Shown piece by piece: positions 53,349-64,000 of a DNA stretch of 64,000 bases. The stretch covers positions 1 to 64,000 of the forward strand of contig CAVYSY010000051.1 in the NCBI GenBank assembly GCA_963771175.1, read 5' to 3'. The notes under the pieces were generated by a model. The model saw only the letters and a program-made list of their open reading frames with translations, did not search any database and was not told the origin of the DNA. The position numbers and the translations under genes are program-made. This DNA is from an uncultured delta proteobacterium. Its GTDB lineage: Bacteria > Myxococcota > Myxococcia > Myxococcales > Myxococcaceae. Positions within the stretch are counted from its first letter, which is position 1. The number at the start of each line of letters is the position of its first letter.

Positions 53349-54932
53349 ATGGCCACGCCCATCCAGATGCCTGCCCTCTCCCCGACGATGAAGGAGGGCA
53401 AGATCGTCAAGTGGCTCAAGAAGGAGGGCGACAAGGTCTCCTCTGGCGAGGCGATCGCCGAGTGCGAGACCGACAAGTCGAACCTCGAGATTGAGGCCTA
53501 TGACGACGGCTACCTGCTGAAGATCGTCGTCCCCGAAGGGGAGATGGCCACCGTCGGTGCGCCCATCGCCCTCATTGGCGAGAAGGGCGAGAAGGTCGAC
53601 GCCGGAGGCAAGGCCGCCGCGCCCGCCCCGAAGGCCGCCGCTCCCGCCGCTGCTCCGAAGCCCGCCGCGGCTCCGGCTCCCGCCGCTCAGCCCGCCGCCG
53701 CCGGTGGGGGAGAGGGCATCGCCGTGGTGATGCCCGCGCTCTCCCCGACGATGACGGAGGGCAAGCTCATCAAGTGGCTGAAGAAGGAGGGGGAGAAGGT
53801 CTCCTCCGGCCAGGCCATCGCCGAGGTGGAGACGGACAAGTCCAACCTCGAGGTGGAGGCCTACGACGACGGCGTGCTCGCGCGCATCGTGGTGCAGGAA
53901 GGCCAGATGGCGAAGGTGGGCGCGCCCATCGCGTTCCTGGCGGGGAAGGGTGGCGCCAAGGCGCCCCGCCGCTCCGGCGCCCGCCGCGGCTCCGGCTCCC
54001 AAGGCCGCCGCTCCCGCTCCCGTCGCGGCTCCCAAGGCGCCGCCGCTCCGGCCCCCGTGCCGGGTGGCCGGGTGCGCGCCAGCCCACTGGCGAAGCGCAT
54101 GGCCCGTGACCGTGGCCTGGACCTGTCCCAGGTGCGCGGCTCCGGCCCGCTCGGCCGCATCGTGAAGAGCGACATCGAGAAGGCGCTCACCCAGGCGCCT
54201 GCTCCGGCCATCGCGCGCAAGGTCCCCACCGCTCCGGTGGCTCCGGGCGTGCGTCCCGAGCCGAAGGCGGTGCCCATCTCCTCGATGCGCAAGGTCATCG
54301 GCCAGCGCATGGCGGAGGTGAAGCCCGGCGTGCCTCACTTCTACCTCTCGGTGGACGTGGAGATGGACGCCGCGCTGAAGATCCGCGAGGAGGCCAAGGC
54401 GCTCGAGTCCAAGGTCTCCGTCAACGACATCATCGTGAAGGCGGCGGCCATGGCACTGCGCCGCTCCCCGAAGATGAACGTGTCGCTGCAGGGTGACTCC
54501 ATCCTGCACTTCGAGACGGTGGACATCGGCATCGCGGTGGCCATCGAGGACGGCCTCATCACCCCCGTCATCCAGGACGCGGACCAGAAGGGGCTGTCGG
54601 CCATCTCCGCCGCCTCGCGCGACCTGGCCGAGCGGGCCCGCAAGCGCGCTCTCAAGCCGCACGAGTACTCCGGCGGCTCGCTGACGGTGTCCAACCTGGG
54701 CATGTACGGCATCGACGCGTTCATCGCCGTCATCAACCCGCCCCAGTCGGCCATCCTCGCGGTGGGCTCGGTCTCGGACAAGGTGGTGGTGCGCGACGGG
54801 CAGATGGTGGTGCGCAAGATGATGACGGTGACGCTCTCGGGCGACCACCGCGTCATCGACGGCGCCATCGGCGCCGAGTACCTCCGGGAGCTCAAGGCGC
54901 TGCTCGAGCACCCGATGCGGCTGCTGTTCTAG
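53349..54932 (+). CDS. pdhC: Dihydrolipoamide acetyltransferase E2 with two lipoyl domains
   Basis: Two MPALSPTM...ETDKS domains; ASPLAKRMA; SNLGMYG; DHRVIDGA. Confidence 0.96.
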   Translation: MATPIQMPALSPTMKEGKIVKWLKKEGDKVSSGEAIAECETDKSNLEIEAYDDGYLLKIVVPEGEMATVGAPIALIGEKGEKVDAGGKAAAPAPKAAAPAAAPKPAAAPAPAAQPAAAGGGEGIAVVMPALSPTMTEGKLIKWLKKEGEKVSSGQAIAEVETDKSNLEVEAYDDGVLARIVVQEGQMAKVGAPIAFLAGKGGAKAPRRSGARRGSGSQGRRSRSRRGSQGAAAPAPVPGGRVRASPLAKRMARDRGLDLSQVRGSGPLGRIVKSDIEKALTQAPAPAIARKVPTAPVAPGVRPEPKAVPISSMRKVIGQRMAEVKPGVPHFYLSVDVEMDAALKIREEAKALESKVSVNDIIVKAAAMALRRSPKMNVSLQGDSILHFETVDIGIAVAIEDGLITPVIQDADQKGLSAISAASRDLAERARKRALKPHEYSGGSLTVSNLGMYGIDAFIAVINPPQSAILAVGSVSDKVVVRDGQMVVRKMMTVTLSGDHRVIDGAIGAEYLRELKALLEHPMRLLF

Positions 54933-55208
54933 TCACATCTTCGCCACGGTGGGCCGCCGTCCCGAGCGGCCACCGTGGCGATCTCCGGCCCGCGTCACTC
55001 GCGGGTCGGTTCCTTCTCGCCGTGCATCCTCGTGCTCCAGCCGGCGCTGGGCCTCGGTCACGCGGGCCTGTTCCTCGCGCTTCGTGCCCGTGGGCAGCTC
55101 CGTCTCGTGCTCCTCGGAGCGGCCCTTGATGCCGGGCCATGGTTCCGGGTGCGTGGCCTGCACGTGCTCGATGTGCTCGGCATAGCCGGGCTCCTTCTTC
55201 TTCGCCAT
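54933..55208 (-). CDS. Small hydrophilic hypothetical protein
   Basis: AGGAGG SD then MAKKKEPGYAEH...; 91 aa. Confidence 0.55.
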   Translation of the reverse strand: MAKKKEPGYAEHIEHVQATHPEPWPGIKGRSEEHETELPTGTKREEQARVTEAQRRLEHEDARREGTDPRVTRAGDRHGGRSGRRPTVAKM

Positions 55209-55365
55209 GTCGTCCCTCCTCGCAGTGTGGGGGTGCTTGGATACGGTGGGGGTCCAGGTAGGAGACGGCCATGGGGCGCCACTTCGTTCGGCTCGTCCAC
55301 CTGCCCGTAGGACAAGTGAAGAAAAGGGCACGCAACTTATTCGTGAGCTGCTTAACTTTGCTCCG

Positions 55366-55680
55366 ATGAACGACGACGACATGAGGCGCACCCGGCTCGA
55401 AGAGGGGATGAAGGAGCTGGAGACCCGGATGGGGGAGCCCGCGCCGCTGGCACAGCCCCTCCAGGAGGCCCTGCTCGGGGCCGTGTTCCCTCTCTCCACG
55501 GAGCAGCTCGTCCTGCTCGCCCGGGAGAACGAGGCACCCCCCGTCGTCCTGTCCCTGTTGAGCAACCTGCCGAGCCGGCTGTTCGAGTCCCTGGATGCGG
55601 TGCAGCAAAAGCTGGAGGCCGAGCCCGGAGTTGGCGAGGAGACAGCCGAGCCCTCGGCGGCTCCCATGCAGGAGCGCTGA
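55366..55680 (+). CDS. DUF2795-like small protein
   Basis: LLGAVFPLSTEQLVLLARENEAP...LPSRLFESLDAV. Confidence 0.7.
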   Translation: MNDDDMRRTRLEEGMKELETRMGEPAPLAQPLQEALLGAVFPLSTEQLVLLARENEAPPVVLSLLSNLPSRLFESLDAVQQKLEAEPGVGEETAEPSAAPMQER

Positions 55681-55863
55681 GGGGGGTCCTACCCCGGGGC
55701 GATTGACGCCGAGCGTGTCGGAGTTCCCGGCGCGTGTGGGTGCTCGCCCGGGCTGAACACGGCCCATCGGGTTTTGCGCGTGACGTGGTATCTCTTGGGG
55801 TGTGGGCACAGTGGGTTGGAAGGGTGGGAGTGGGTTGGTCGGCCTGGCCCGGAGAGGAATTCC

Positions 55864-57024
55864 ATGAATCCGTCTGACCTCCCCGCCGTGCTCTACGTCG
55901 ACGACGACGCGCTCAACCTCAGGGTTTTCGAGGCCAACTTCGGCTCGAAGCTTCCGCATCTTCCGCTGCTCGACGCCGGCCGAGGCGCTGACGCTGTTGG
56001 AGCAGAGGCGCAGCGAGATTGGCGTCGTGCCTGTCGGACCAGCGCATGCCGGGCATGACGGGCGTGGAGCTGCTGGAGCGAGCGCGCACGCTGGCGCCGG
56101 ACGCCAAGCGCATGCTCGTCACGGCGTACTCGGACATGCAGGCCGTCATCGACGCGGTGAACCGCGGCCAGGTGAGCCGCTACTTCGTCAAGCCGTGGGA
56201 CCGCGCCGAGGTGCTGGCCGCGCTCGAGGACGGGCTGAGGATCGCCCGGCTGGAGCTGCGCATCCGCGAGGTGGAAGGGCGGATGATGAAGGCCGAGCGT
56301 CTGGCCACGCTGGGTCAGGTGACGGCCGGCATCGCGCACGAGCTGATGGGCCCGGTGGGCTACCTGTCGCAGAACGTGGCCTCGCTGCGGCGGGATCTCG
56401 AGTGCGTGGTGCAGTACGCCTCCAAGCACCTGGCGAATGATCCCTCCTGCGAGGTGGCGAGTGTGCTGGAGGATCTGCCGTCGCTGCTGCAGGACCTGGG
56501 CACGGGCGCGGATCACCTGCGCGGGGTGGCGCTGGGCCTGCGGGCGCAGGCGCGCGGCGAGGACATGGAGGCTTCGGCGGACGTGGCCGAGGTGGTGTCC
56601 TTCGCGGTGAAGCTGGCGCGCGCCGAGGTGCGCGATCGCGCTCGCATCACCACCATGGGCGAGCCGGTGAAGGTGACCTTCGGGCCGGTGAAGCTGTGCC
56701 AGGTGCTGCTCAACCTGATCGTCAACGCCGCGCAGGCCATGGAGGGCACGGGCCGGCCAGGCCGCATCGACGTGCGGTGGACGGCGCGAGAGCAGGAGGT
56801 GGTGCTCATCGTGGCGGACAACGGCTGCGGCATCCCCCAGGAGATGCAGGAGAAGGTGTTCCAGCCGCTCTTCACCACCAAGCCGGTGGGCATCGGCACG
56901 GGCCTCGGCCTGTCCATCTGCAAGGAGCTGGTGACGCAGGCGGGCGGCGGGGTGCAGGCTGTCGTCGAAGCAGGGTGAGGGCACCGAGGTGGAGCTCTCC
57001 CTCAAGCGAGTCCAGCTCCCCTGA
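55864..57024 (+). CDS. asgA: Hybrid receiver-histidine kinase, probable AsgA orthologue (frameshifted)
   Basis: YVDDD, SDQRMPGMTG, KPW; IAHELMGP, QVLLNLIVNA, DNGCGI, FTTK, GTGLGL. About 385 aa with no sensor domain and located after pdhABC, which matches my recollection of M. xanthus asgA. Confidence 0.7.
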
Positions 57025-57506
57025 GGCCGAAGGCGTTGTGCAGGAGGCGCCACACGCGGAAGAGCGCCTCCTCTTCGCCCGCGCCGACGTCCTCCACCAG
57101 CACCGCGCGCCGGAGCTCTGCTCCTCCTCGTCCGGGCGCCACGCCACCACGAGCGCGTAGCGCCGCGGGCGCGCGCTCCACCATCTCCACCGCGCACACC
57201 TCGTCGAAGGGCACCCACTCCGTGCGGGTGGCGCCCGGCGCCCACCGGAGCTGCTCCACCCGCAGGCGCTCGGTGTGGAAGTGCAGCACGAAGCGGCGCC
57301 GGCCGAGCTGCCCCTCCAGCCGCAGCGCGAAGCCCACCAGGGCCGCCGCCAGCACGCCCATCCCCAGAGGAAGGGCGGGCAGTCGCTCGGTCCCGCTCCC
57401 CCACAGCACCACCCCCACCGCGCCCGCCGCGCACAGGGCCGCCAGCACCAGGCAGGCGCCCGGGAGCTGCCGCTGCCAGAAGGGCTGGGGGCAGGGACTC
57501 CCCCAT
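57002..57506 (-). CDS. Hypothetical two-TM protein (frameshifted)
   Basis: Two hydrophobic segments followed by RRRFVLHF...LLHNAFG. Confidence 0.6.
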
Positions 57507-57660
57507 CAGGCGGCCGGGCTCGTACCGCAGGCGTACATCGCCCAGCCGCCTCGGAGCGGGGTTTTCTTCCAGTGCATCCGCGAAGCTCGCCACGGGTCCC
57601 AGCATAGACACCGCACGGCCTCTCTCGAAGTCCGACGCGAGCTGTGCAATTCTCAAATGC

Positions 57661-58633
57661 ATGGATCTCCCCTTCGAGACGGAAGAGGGCGGTGGCGGGG
57701 GTGAGGAGGGTGGGGGAACGCTCGCCTCGACCGTCCTGGTGGTGGATGACGAGGCCGTGGTGCGGGACGTGTGCGCCCGGTTGCTGGCGCGCGAGCCGGA
57801 CCTGGTGGTGAGCCTCGCCGAGGACGCCGAGGAGGCGCTGGCGCTGCTCCGGGCCCAGCGCTTCGACGTGCTGATCACCGACAAGAACCTCCCGGGCATG
57901 GGGGGCGTGGAGCTCATCGCCGAGTCCCGCAAGCTGCAGCCGGCGCTGGAGGCGGTGATGATCACCGGCTACTCCAGCTCGGAGTCGGTGATCGCCGCCT
58001 TCGCGGCGGGCGCGAGCGACTACATCCTCAAGCCCTTCGAGGACCTGCGGCTGGTGCGGGCCAAGGTGCGGGCCGCCCTGGAGCGCCGGACGGAGCGGGT
58101 GAAGGGGCGCGAGCTGGCGCGGCGCATGGCGCGCGAGGCGGCCGAGCTGCTGGAGGCGGGTGGGCATGCCTCGGTGGAGGCGCGCCAGCAGTTGGAGGCC
58201 CACGTGCGCGCGTACGAGCACGCCAGCCGCATGGCCGCTGGCGGGCAGGTGGCGGTGGTGGGCAGCAACGAGGCGCTGGAGGCGCTGCTGGACGAGGGGC
58301 TCGAGGCGGTGGCGCTGCCCCCGGACTCCCCGGCGCTGGAGGGTGCGGCCGTGGTGGTGCTGGAGACGGGCGCGCCGCAGTGGTGGGAGATCGCCGAGCG
58401 CCTTCAGTCCGCCAAACCGGACGTGGTGCTGCTGGCCGGGCCCGCATGCGGACCTGGCGGACCTGCTGGATGCCATCACGCTGCGGCTGGAGCTGGTGGG
58501 CTTTGGCACCTCGTCGCCCCTGGCGCTGCCGGAGCGGGTGCGCATGCTGCTGATGCGCCGCAACCTCCAGCGGGCCCAGGCGGGGCTGGCCTCGGCGCTG
58601 GCGGCCTTCCGCGAGAGCCTCCAGCAGCGCTAG
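57661..58633 (+). CDS. Response regulator (one frameshift at ~58440)
   Basis: VLVVDDE, LITDKNLPGMGG, ITGY, DYILKPF. Confidence 0.88.
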
Positions 58634-58656
58634 GGAGGCAGGGCGCGGGAGCCCGC

Positions 58657-58696
58657 GAAAAGCGAAGCGCCCGCTTCCTTTGGGGGAAGCGGGCGC
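58657..58696 (-). terminator. Terminator hairpin of the tRNA operon
   Basis: GCGCCCGCTTCC / GGAAGCGGGCGC 12-bp stem followed on the minus strand by TTCGCTTTT. Confidence 0.65.
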
Positions 58697-58701
58697 CTCA
58701 G

Positions 58702-58773
58702 TGACCCTGCCGGGATTCGAACCCGAGTTTGTGCCGTGAGAGGGCACCGTCCTAACCGCTAGACGACAGGGCC
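58702..58773 (-). tRNA. tRNA-Glu (CTC), copy 2
   Basis: GGCCCTG acceptor stem; GTGCC-CTCTCAC-GGCAC anticodon arm; GTTCGAATCC; CCA not encoded. Confidence 0.96.
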
Positions 58774-58823
58774 TGAAAACGGGGCGCCCACCTTCCCACG
58801 AAGGTGGGCGCCGTTGCTACGTG

Positions 58824-58895
58824 TGACCCTGCCGGGATTCGAACCCGAGTTTGTGCCGTGAGAGGGCACCGTCCTAACCGCTAGACGACAGGGCC
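58824..58895 (-). tRNA. tRNA-Glu (CTC), copy 1
   Basis: Identical to 58702-58773. Confidence 0.96.
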
Positions 58896-58922
58896 GGTAG
58901 TGCTACGACCGGGTACAACGAG

Positions 58923-58993
58923 CTGGGGAACTAGGATTCGAACCTAGATAAGCAGAGTCAGAGTCTGCTGTCCTGCCGTTAGACGATTCCCCA
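58923..58993 (-). tRNA. tRNA-Gln (CTG)
   Basis: TGGGGAA acceptor stem; GCAGA-CTCTGAC-TCTGC anticodon arm; GTTCGAATCC. Confidence 0.96.
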
Positions 58994-59066
58994 AGAACTG
59001 CTCTGACCGACGCTTGACTACCTCAACCGCCTGACCACTTCAACTACCTTTTTTCGAACCTCGGGG

Positions 59067-59489
59067 CTACCGCGACTTCTTCCCCGACTTCGGAACCGCA
59101 GGCTTCTTCGCCGGCTTGGACTGCACCGGTGCCGCCTGCAGGGGAACGACGTAGATACGAACCTCGTCGTTGGCCTGATAAATGTTCAAGCCCTCGAAAT
59201 TCTTCCCCGAGGGATTGATGATGTGGACCGCCTTCACGCCCGGCTGGTTGACGATCGCCCTCCGAGGAAAGGCACTCGTCGGGTAGACGGACTTGTAATA
59301 GTCGAGCGTCTTCTCGAAGTCCCCCGGCGCCCTGTACCGGTTCTCGCCCACCTTCTGCGAGCCATCCGGGAGCTGCGCCCCGCTCACCACCTCCGCCGAC
59401 GCCACCGACATCCAGAGGGCAACCACCGCCGCCCCGAACGGGCGCGGCTTATAGAAAAGGCCCTTCAGGCTGTCAAGCGCTCGTGTCAT
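59067..59489 (-). CDS. Small secreted hypothetical protein (start uncertain)
   Basis: Signal-like AAVVALWMSVASA; GAQLPDGSQKVGENRY; Lys-rich tail. Confidence 0.7.
   Translation of the reverse strand: MTRALDSLKGLFYKPRPFGAAVVALWMSVASAEVVSGAQLPDGSQKVGENRYRAPGDFEKTLDYYKSVYPTSAFPRRAIVNQPGVKAVHIINPSGKNFEGLNIYQANDEVRIYVVPLQAAPVQSKPAKKPAVPKSGKKSR
59448..59476 (-). promoter_or_regulatory. Sigma70-type promoter
   Basis: Minus strand TTGACA-N17-TATAAG followed by a GC-rich CCGCGCCC discriminator-like segment. Confidence 0.7.
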
Positions 59490-59554
59490 CGCGGAGGGAG
59501 AATAGGGCCCACGGTGGGAGGTGTCCACCCCAACCTATGGGCCCCGTGGTGTGC

Positions 59555-61031
<1,477 letters not shown>

Positions 61032-61104
61032 TCAACGAGCGGCCGAGTTCACTGCCCGGCGGCCCGGCCAATGCATTAAACTGCCGGGCATCGAGGGCTC
61101 TTGC

Positions 61105-61692
61105 ATGAAACTTCCCACCGCGCTCCGCGCACTCCTTTCGGCCGTTCTCCTGCTCTGCCTGCCGGCGGGTGCCACCACGATGCTGCGGGCGGACCTGCCG
61201 GAGCTCGCCCACTCGGCCGATTCCATCGTCCAGGGGACGGTGCGCCGGGTGGAAAGCCGGTGGAGTGGTGACGGCCGCCGAATCGTCACGGATGTGGAAA
61301 TCCAGGTCTCCGATACCCTCAAGGGGCAGGCGAGCGGCACGGTGGTCGTCACCCAGCCGGGGGGGCGCGTGGGGGATATCGGACAGGTGGTGAGCGGCCT
61401 GGCCTCCTTCACGAAGGGGGAGGAGGTGGTGCTCTTCCTCGAGCGCCGCGGGTCCAAGGCCTTCCGCGTCGCCGGCATGGCCCAGGGCAAGTACAAGGTG
61501 CAGCGCTCGGAGGATGGCACCCGCGCCCTGGCCGTGCCGGAGCCCACCGGGGACACGCTCCTGCTGGATCCGGACACCCGGCAGGCCACCACGTCGTCGG
61601 CTCGCACCGTGTCGCTCGCGGAGCTGAAGGCGTCCATCCGCACCGCGCTCCAGCAGCCGGCCCCCGTGCGCGCCCAGGAGAAACGGCCGTGA
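61105..61692 (+). CDS. Secreted hypothetical protein, first gene of the protease operon
   Basis: Signal peptide; LAHSADSIVQGTV...TLKG...QPGG...FTKGEEVVLFL. Confidence 0.75.
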   Translation: MKLPTALRALLSAVLLLCLPAGATTMLRADLPELAHSADSIVQGTVRRVESRWSGDGRRIVTDVEIQVSDTLKGQASGTVVVTQPGGRVGDIGQVVSGLASFTKGEEVVLFLERRGSKAFRVAGMAQGKYKVQRSEDGTRALAVPEPTGDTLLLDPDTRQATTSSARTVSLAELKASIRTALQQPAPVRAQEKRP

Positions 61693-62615
61693 TACTCGCT
61701 CCGATGCTGGTCGTCGCCCTCGCCCTCGGGCAGAGCGATCCCTACGTCCGCAGCCGCGTGAGGGCGAACGACCCGAGCGCCCACTGTCTCTTCTGGACGG
61801 TGCCCTCCATCGACTGGCAGCTCAACCGCGCGGGCAATCCCAAGAGCACGGATGCCCAGAAGCAGAACGAGTTCACCGCCATCCGCGCCTCCTTCCAGAG
61901 CTGGCAGGACATCTTCGGCGCCTGCGGCAACCTCAACTTCCAGGAGGGGCCGCTCGTGGATGACCGCAAGGTGGGCTACGAGGTGAAGGGCGAAAACCGC
62001 AATCTCGTCCTCTTCCGCTCCCGGAATTGCACGAACGTGGCGCCCTCCGACGACGCGTGCTGGGACGAGGAGACGTGCGGCAACGAGTTCGACTGCTGGG
62101 ACGGGGACGCGCGCACCATCGCCCTCACGCTCACCACCTACGACGAGAAGTCCGGCATCATCTACGACTCGGACATCCAGCTCAACTCGGCCGGCTTCGT
62201 CTTCACCACCGTGAACAGCCCGCCCTATCCGACCTGCTCCCAGCCCGTCACCATCAACCCCAACAACTGCGTGGCCACCGACGTGCAGAACACCATGACG
62301 CACGAGATCGGCCACCTCATCGGGCTGGACCACACCCTGGCGGGCGGCTCCACCATGTACCCGCAGGCACCCCCGGGTGAGGTGTCCAAGCGCAGCATCG
62401 ACCAGGGCTCGCGCGACTTCGTGTGCGTGACGTACCCGAAGGGCCTGCCCAGCCAGAGCTGCGTCACTCCCTCGCTGAGCGCGAGCGGGAGTGTGGCGTC
62501 GCTGGGGCCCCAGGCCACGGGTTGCTCCAGCTCCGGCGCGGAGTCGTGGCTGCCCGCGCTGGCGGGCTGGGGCCTGCTCGCATGGCGCCGCCGTCGCGGA
62601 GGCTCTCGCCGGTGA
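61689..62615 (+). CDS. Matrixin (M10-like) metalloprotease with a MYXO-CTERM-like tail
   Basis: HEIGHLIGLDH, Met-turn STMYP, GCS...hydrophobic...RRRR. Confidence 0.88.
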   Translation: MILAPMLVVALALGQSDPYVRSRVRANDPSAHCLFWTVPSIDWQLNRAGNPKSTDAQKQNEFTAIRASFQSWQDIFGACGNLNFQEGPLVDDRKVGYEVKGENRNLVLFRSRNCTNVAPSDDACWDEETCGNEFDCWDGDARTIALTLTTYDEKSGIIYDSDIQLNSAGFVFTTVNSPPYPTCSQPVTINPNNCVATDVQNTMTHEIGHLIGLDHTLAGGSTMYPQAPPGEVSKRSIDQGSRDFVCVTYPKGLPSQSCVTPSLSASGSVASLGPQATGCSSSGAESWLPALAGWGLLAWRRRRGGSRR

Positions 62616-63580
62616 GGCACTCCCTGCCCTGGCTCGCGCTCGCCGCGCTCGCGCTCGCCGCTCCCGAGGCCCGGGCGCAGAAGTACCAGCGCACCCTCGT
62701 GCCCGGCCGGCCTTTCTGCGTCCTCTGGAACACCGGGGAGTTCGTGTACCGGCTGGACGCGGCTGGCAGCCGCCGCACGCCGGGAGACACCGAGTTCTCG
62801 GCCATCGAGGCCTCGTTCTCCTCCTGGCGCGCACTGTCCTCGACCTGCAGCGACTTCGTCTTCACCCGCGGCCCGGACATCCAGAATCCGAAGGTCGGGT
62901 ACGACAAGGAGAACAGGGACAACAACGAGAACGTCGTCACCTTCCGCGAGGCGGACTGCAACGACGTCGTCGAGCCGGAGGATCCGTGCATCGAGGCCGA
63001 CACCTGCTCCGATGTCTACGGCTGCTGGGACCACGGCGGCGCCACCATCGGGCTGACCACCACCACCTTCAGCTTCCGCACCGGCTACGTCCTCGACGCG
63101 GACATCGAGTTCAACGCCTCGGGCGGGGACGGGCGGGGCTTCCTCTTCACCACCGTCGATTCGCCGCCGTGTAGCGGGATGCCCTCCACGGACTGTGTCG
63201 CCACGGATCTCCAGAACACGGCGACCCATGAGATTGGCCACGTGGTGGGGCTGGACCATGTGGACGTGCCCGGCTCCACCATGGAGCCCACCGCGCCCCC
63301 CGGGGAGACCCACAAGCGCATCATCGACGTGGGCAGCGCCGCGGGCTTCTGCGATGCCTACCCCCGAGGCCTTCCGCCCACCCAGTGTGGCGAGTCCGCT
63401 GACACCGGCCGCCACTTCCAGGCGGTGAGTCGCGGCCCGGGGATGGCCGGCCTGGGCTGTGGTTCCGCTCCGGGAGCGCTCCTTCCCGCGGCGGCGCTCC
63501 TGGGACTCCTGTCCTTCCGGCGTCGGCGCGAGCGGGCGAGCAGGGGGAGCGGCCCCGCTCCTCGCGCTCCGCTCGGGTGA
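62612..63580 (+). CDS. Second matrixin metalloprotease paralogue with a MYXO-CTERM-like tail
   Basis: HEIGHVVGLDH, STMEP, GCG...LLGLLSFRRRR; GTGA overlap with the previous gene. Confidence 0.88.
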   Translation: MRHSLPWLALAALALAAPEARAQKYQRTLVPGRPFCVLWNTGEFVYRLDAAGSRRTPGDTEFSAIEASFSSWRALSSTCSDFVFTRGPDIQNPKVGYDKENRDNNENVVTFREADCNDVVEPEDPCIEADTCSDVYGCWDHGGATIGLTTTTFSFRTGYVLDADIEFNASGGDGRGFLFTTVDSPPCSGMPSTDCVATDLQNTATHEIGHVVGLDHVDVPGSTMEPTAPPGETHKRIIDVGSAAGFCDAYPRGLPPTQCGESADTGRHFQAVSRGPGMAGLGCGSAPGALLPAAALLGLLSFRRRRERASRGSGPAPRAPLG

Positions 63581-63591
63581 GGGAGGCGCTC

Positions 63592-64000
63592 ATGACCATC
63601 GCGTTCTTCGACCTGGACAAGACGCTGCTCGCGGTGAACTCGGGCGCCCTGTGGATCCGCCGCGAGCTCGAGCTGGGCCACATCACCCGGATGCAGGCGC
63701 TGCGCGCCAGCTACTGGCTCGCCCGCTACCACCTGGGCTTCGTCTCCATGCAGGACGCGCTGGTGCAGGCCATCTCCCACCTCCAGGGCACGGGCGAGCA
63801 GCACATGCGCGAGCGTACCGTCCGCTTCTACGAGGGGCATGTCCGCTCGCAGTTCCGGCCCGGGGCCCTGCGCGCCCTGGAGGAGCACCGCACGGCCGGG
63901 GACAAGCTCGTCCTGCTCACCTCGTCCTCGGACTACCTGTCCGAGCTGGTGGCGCGCGACCTGGGGCTGGACGCCATCCTCTGCAACCGTTTCGAGGTGG
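63592..64000 (+). CDS. HAD-IB family hydrolase (runs off the window end)
   Basis: MTIAFFDLDKTLL...HRTAGDKLVLLTSSS. Confidence 0.85.
   Translation, partial: MTIAFFDLDKTLLAVNSGALWIRRELELGHITRMQALRASYWLARYHLGFVSMQDALVQAISHLQGTGEQHMRERTVRFYEGHVRSQFRPGALRALEEHRTAGDKLVLLTSSSDYLSELVARDLGLDAILCNRFEV

Noticed and set aside
53620..54050. Ala/Pro-rich repeats in pdhC
   Set aside because: Ordinary E2 inter-domain linkers and duplicated lipoyl domains.
58702..58895. tRNA duplication as attL/attR of an island
   Set aside because: Both copies are full length, 50 bp apart, with no integrase or cargo between them.

Overview
The window joins three unrelated pieces. (1) 1-~4052 is AT-rich and deltaproteobacterial-type: rpsF-rpsR-DUF2232-rplI-dnaB, with dnaB cut off. 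(2) ~4053-~6281 is a mid-GC fragment with two minus-strand glycosidase-like genes, one with a Tat signal. (3) ~6281-64000 is a very GC-rich myxobacterial (Cystobacter/Archangium/Myxococcus-like) region. Its housekeeping content is yggS, maf, ppiD, mreC-mreD-mrdA-rodA, mgtE, trxA, ccsA-hemA-hemC-hemD, tldD/pmbA, pdhABC, an asgA-like kinase, gltX and tRNA-Gln/Glu/Glu. Its accessory content is two lipoprotein nuclease toxin-immunity cassettes, three matrixin-like surface proteins, an orphan GspE/PilB ATPase and a 5'-nucleotidase/lipoprotein/outer-membrane operon. Many conserved genes are split by 1-2 nt indels, most likely sequencing error. The most striking unexplained signal is a family of 22-bp perfect palindromes (CACT...CG...AGTG) with compensatory internal changes; three are clustered on one side of a toxin-immunity cassette and one lies on the other side. 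Other leads are a possible surface nucleic-acid/nucleotide scavenging system, a catalytically altered matrixin coupled to a secretion ATPase, a Tat-signal TldD and a TIMP-like gene heading two matrixins. All family calls come from motif recognition by eye; no database searches were run.
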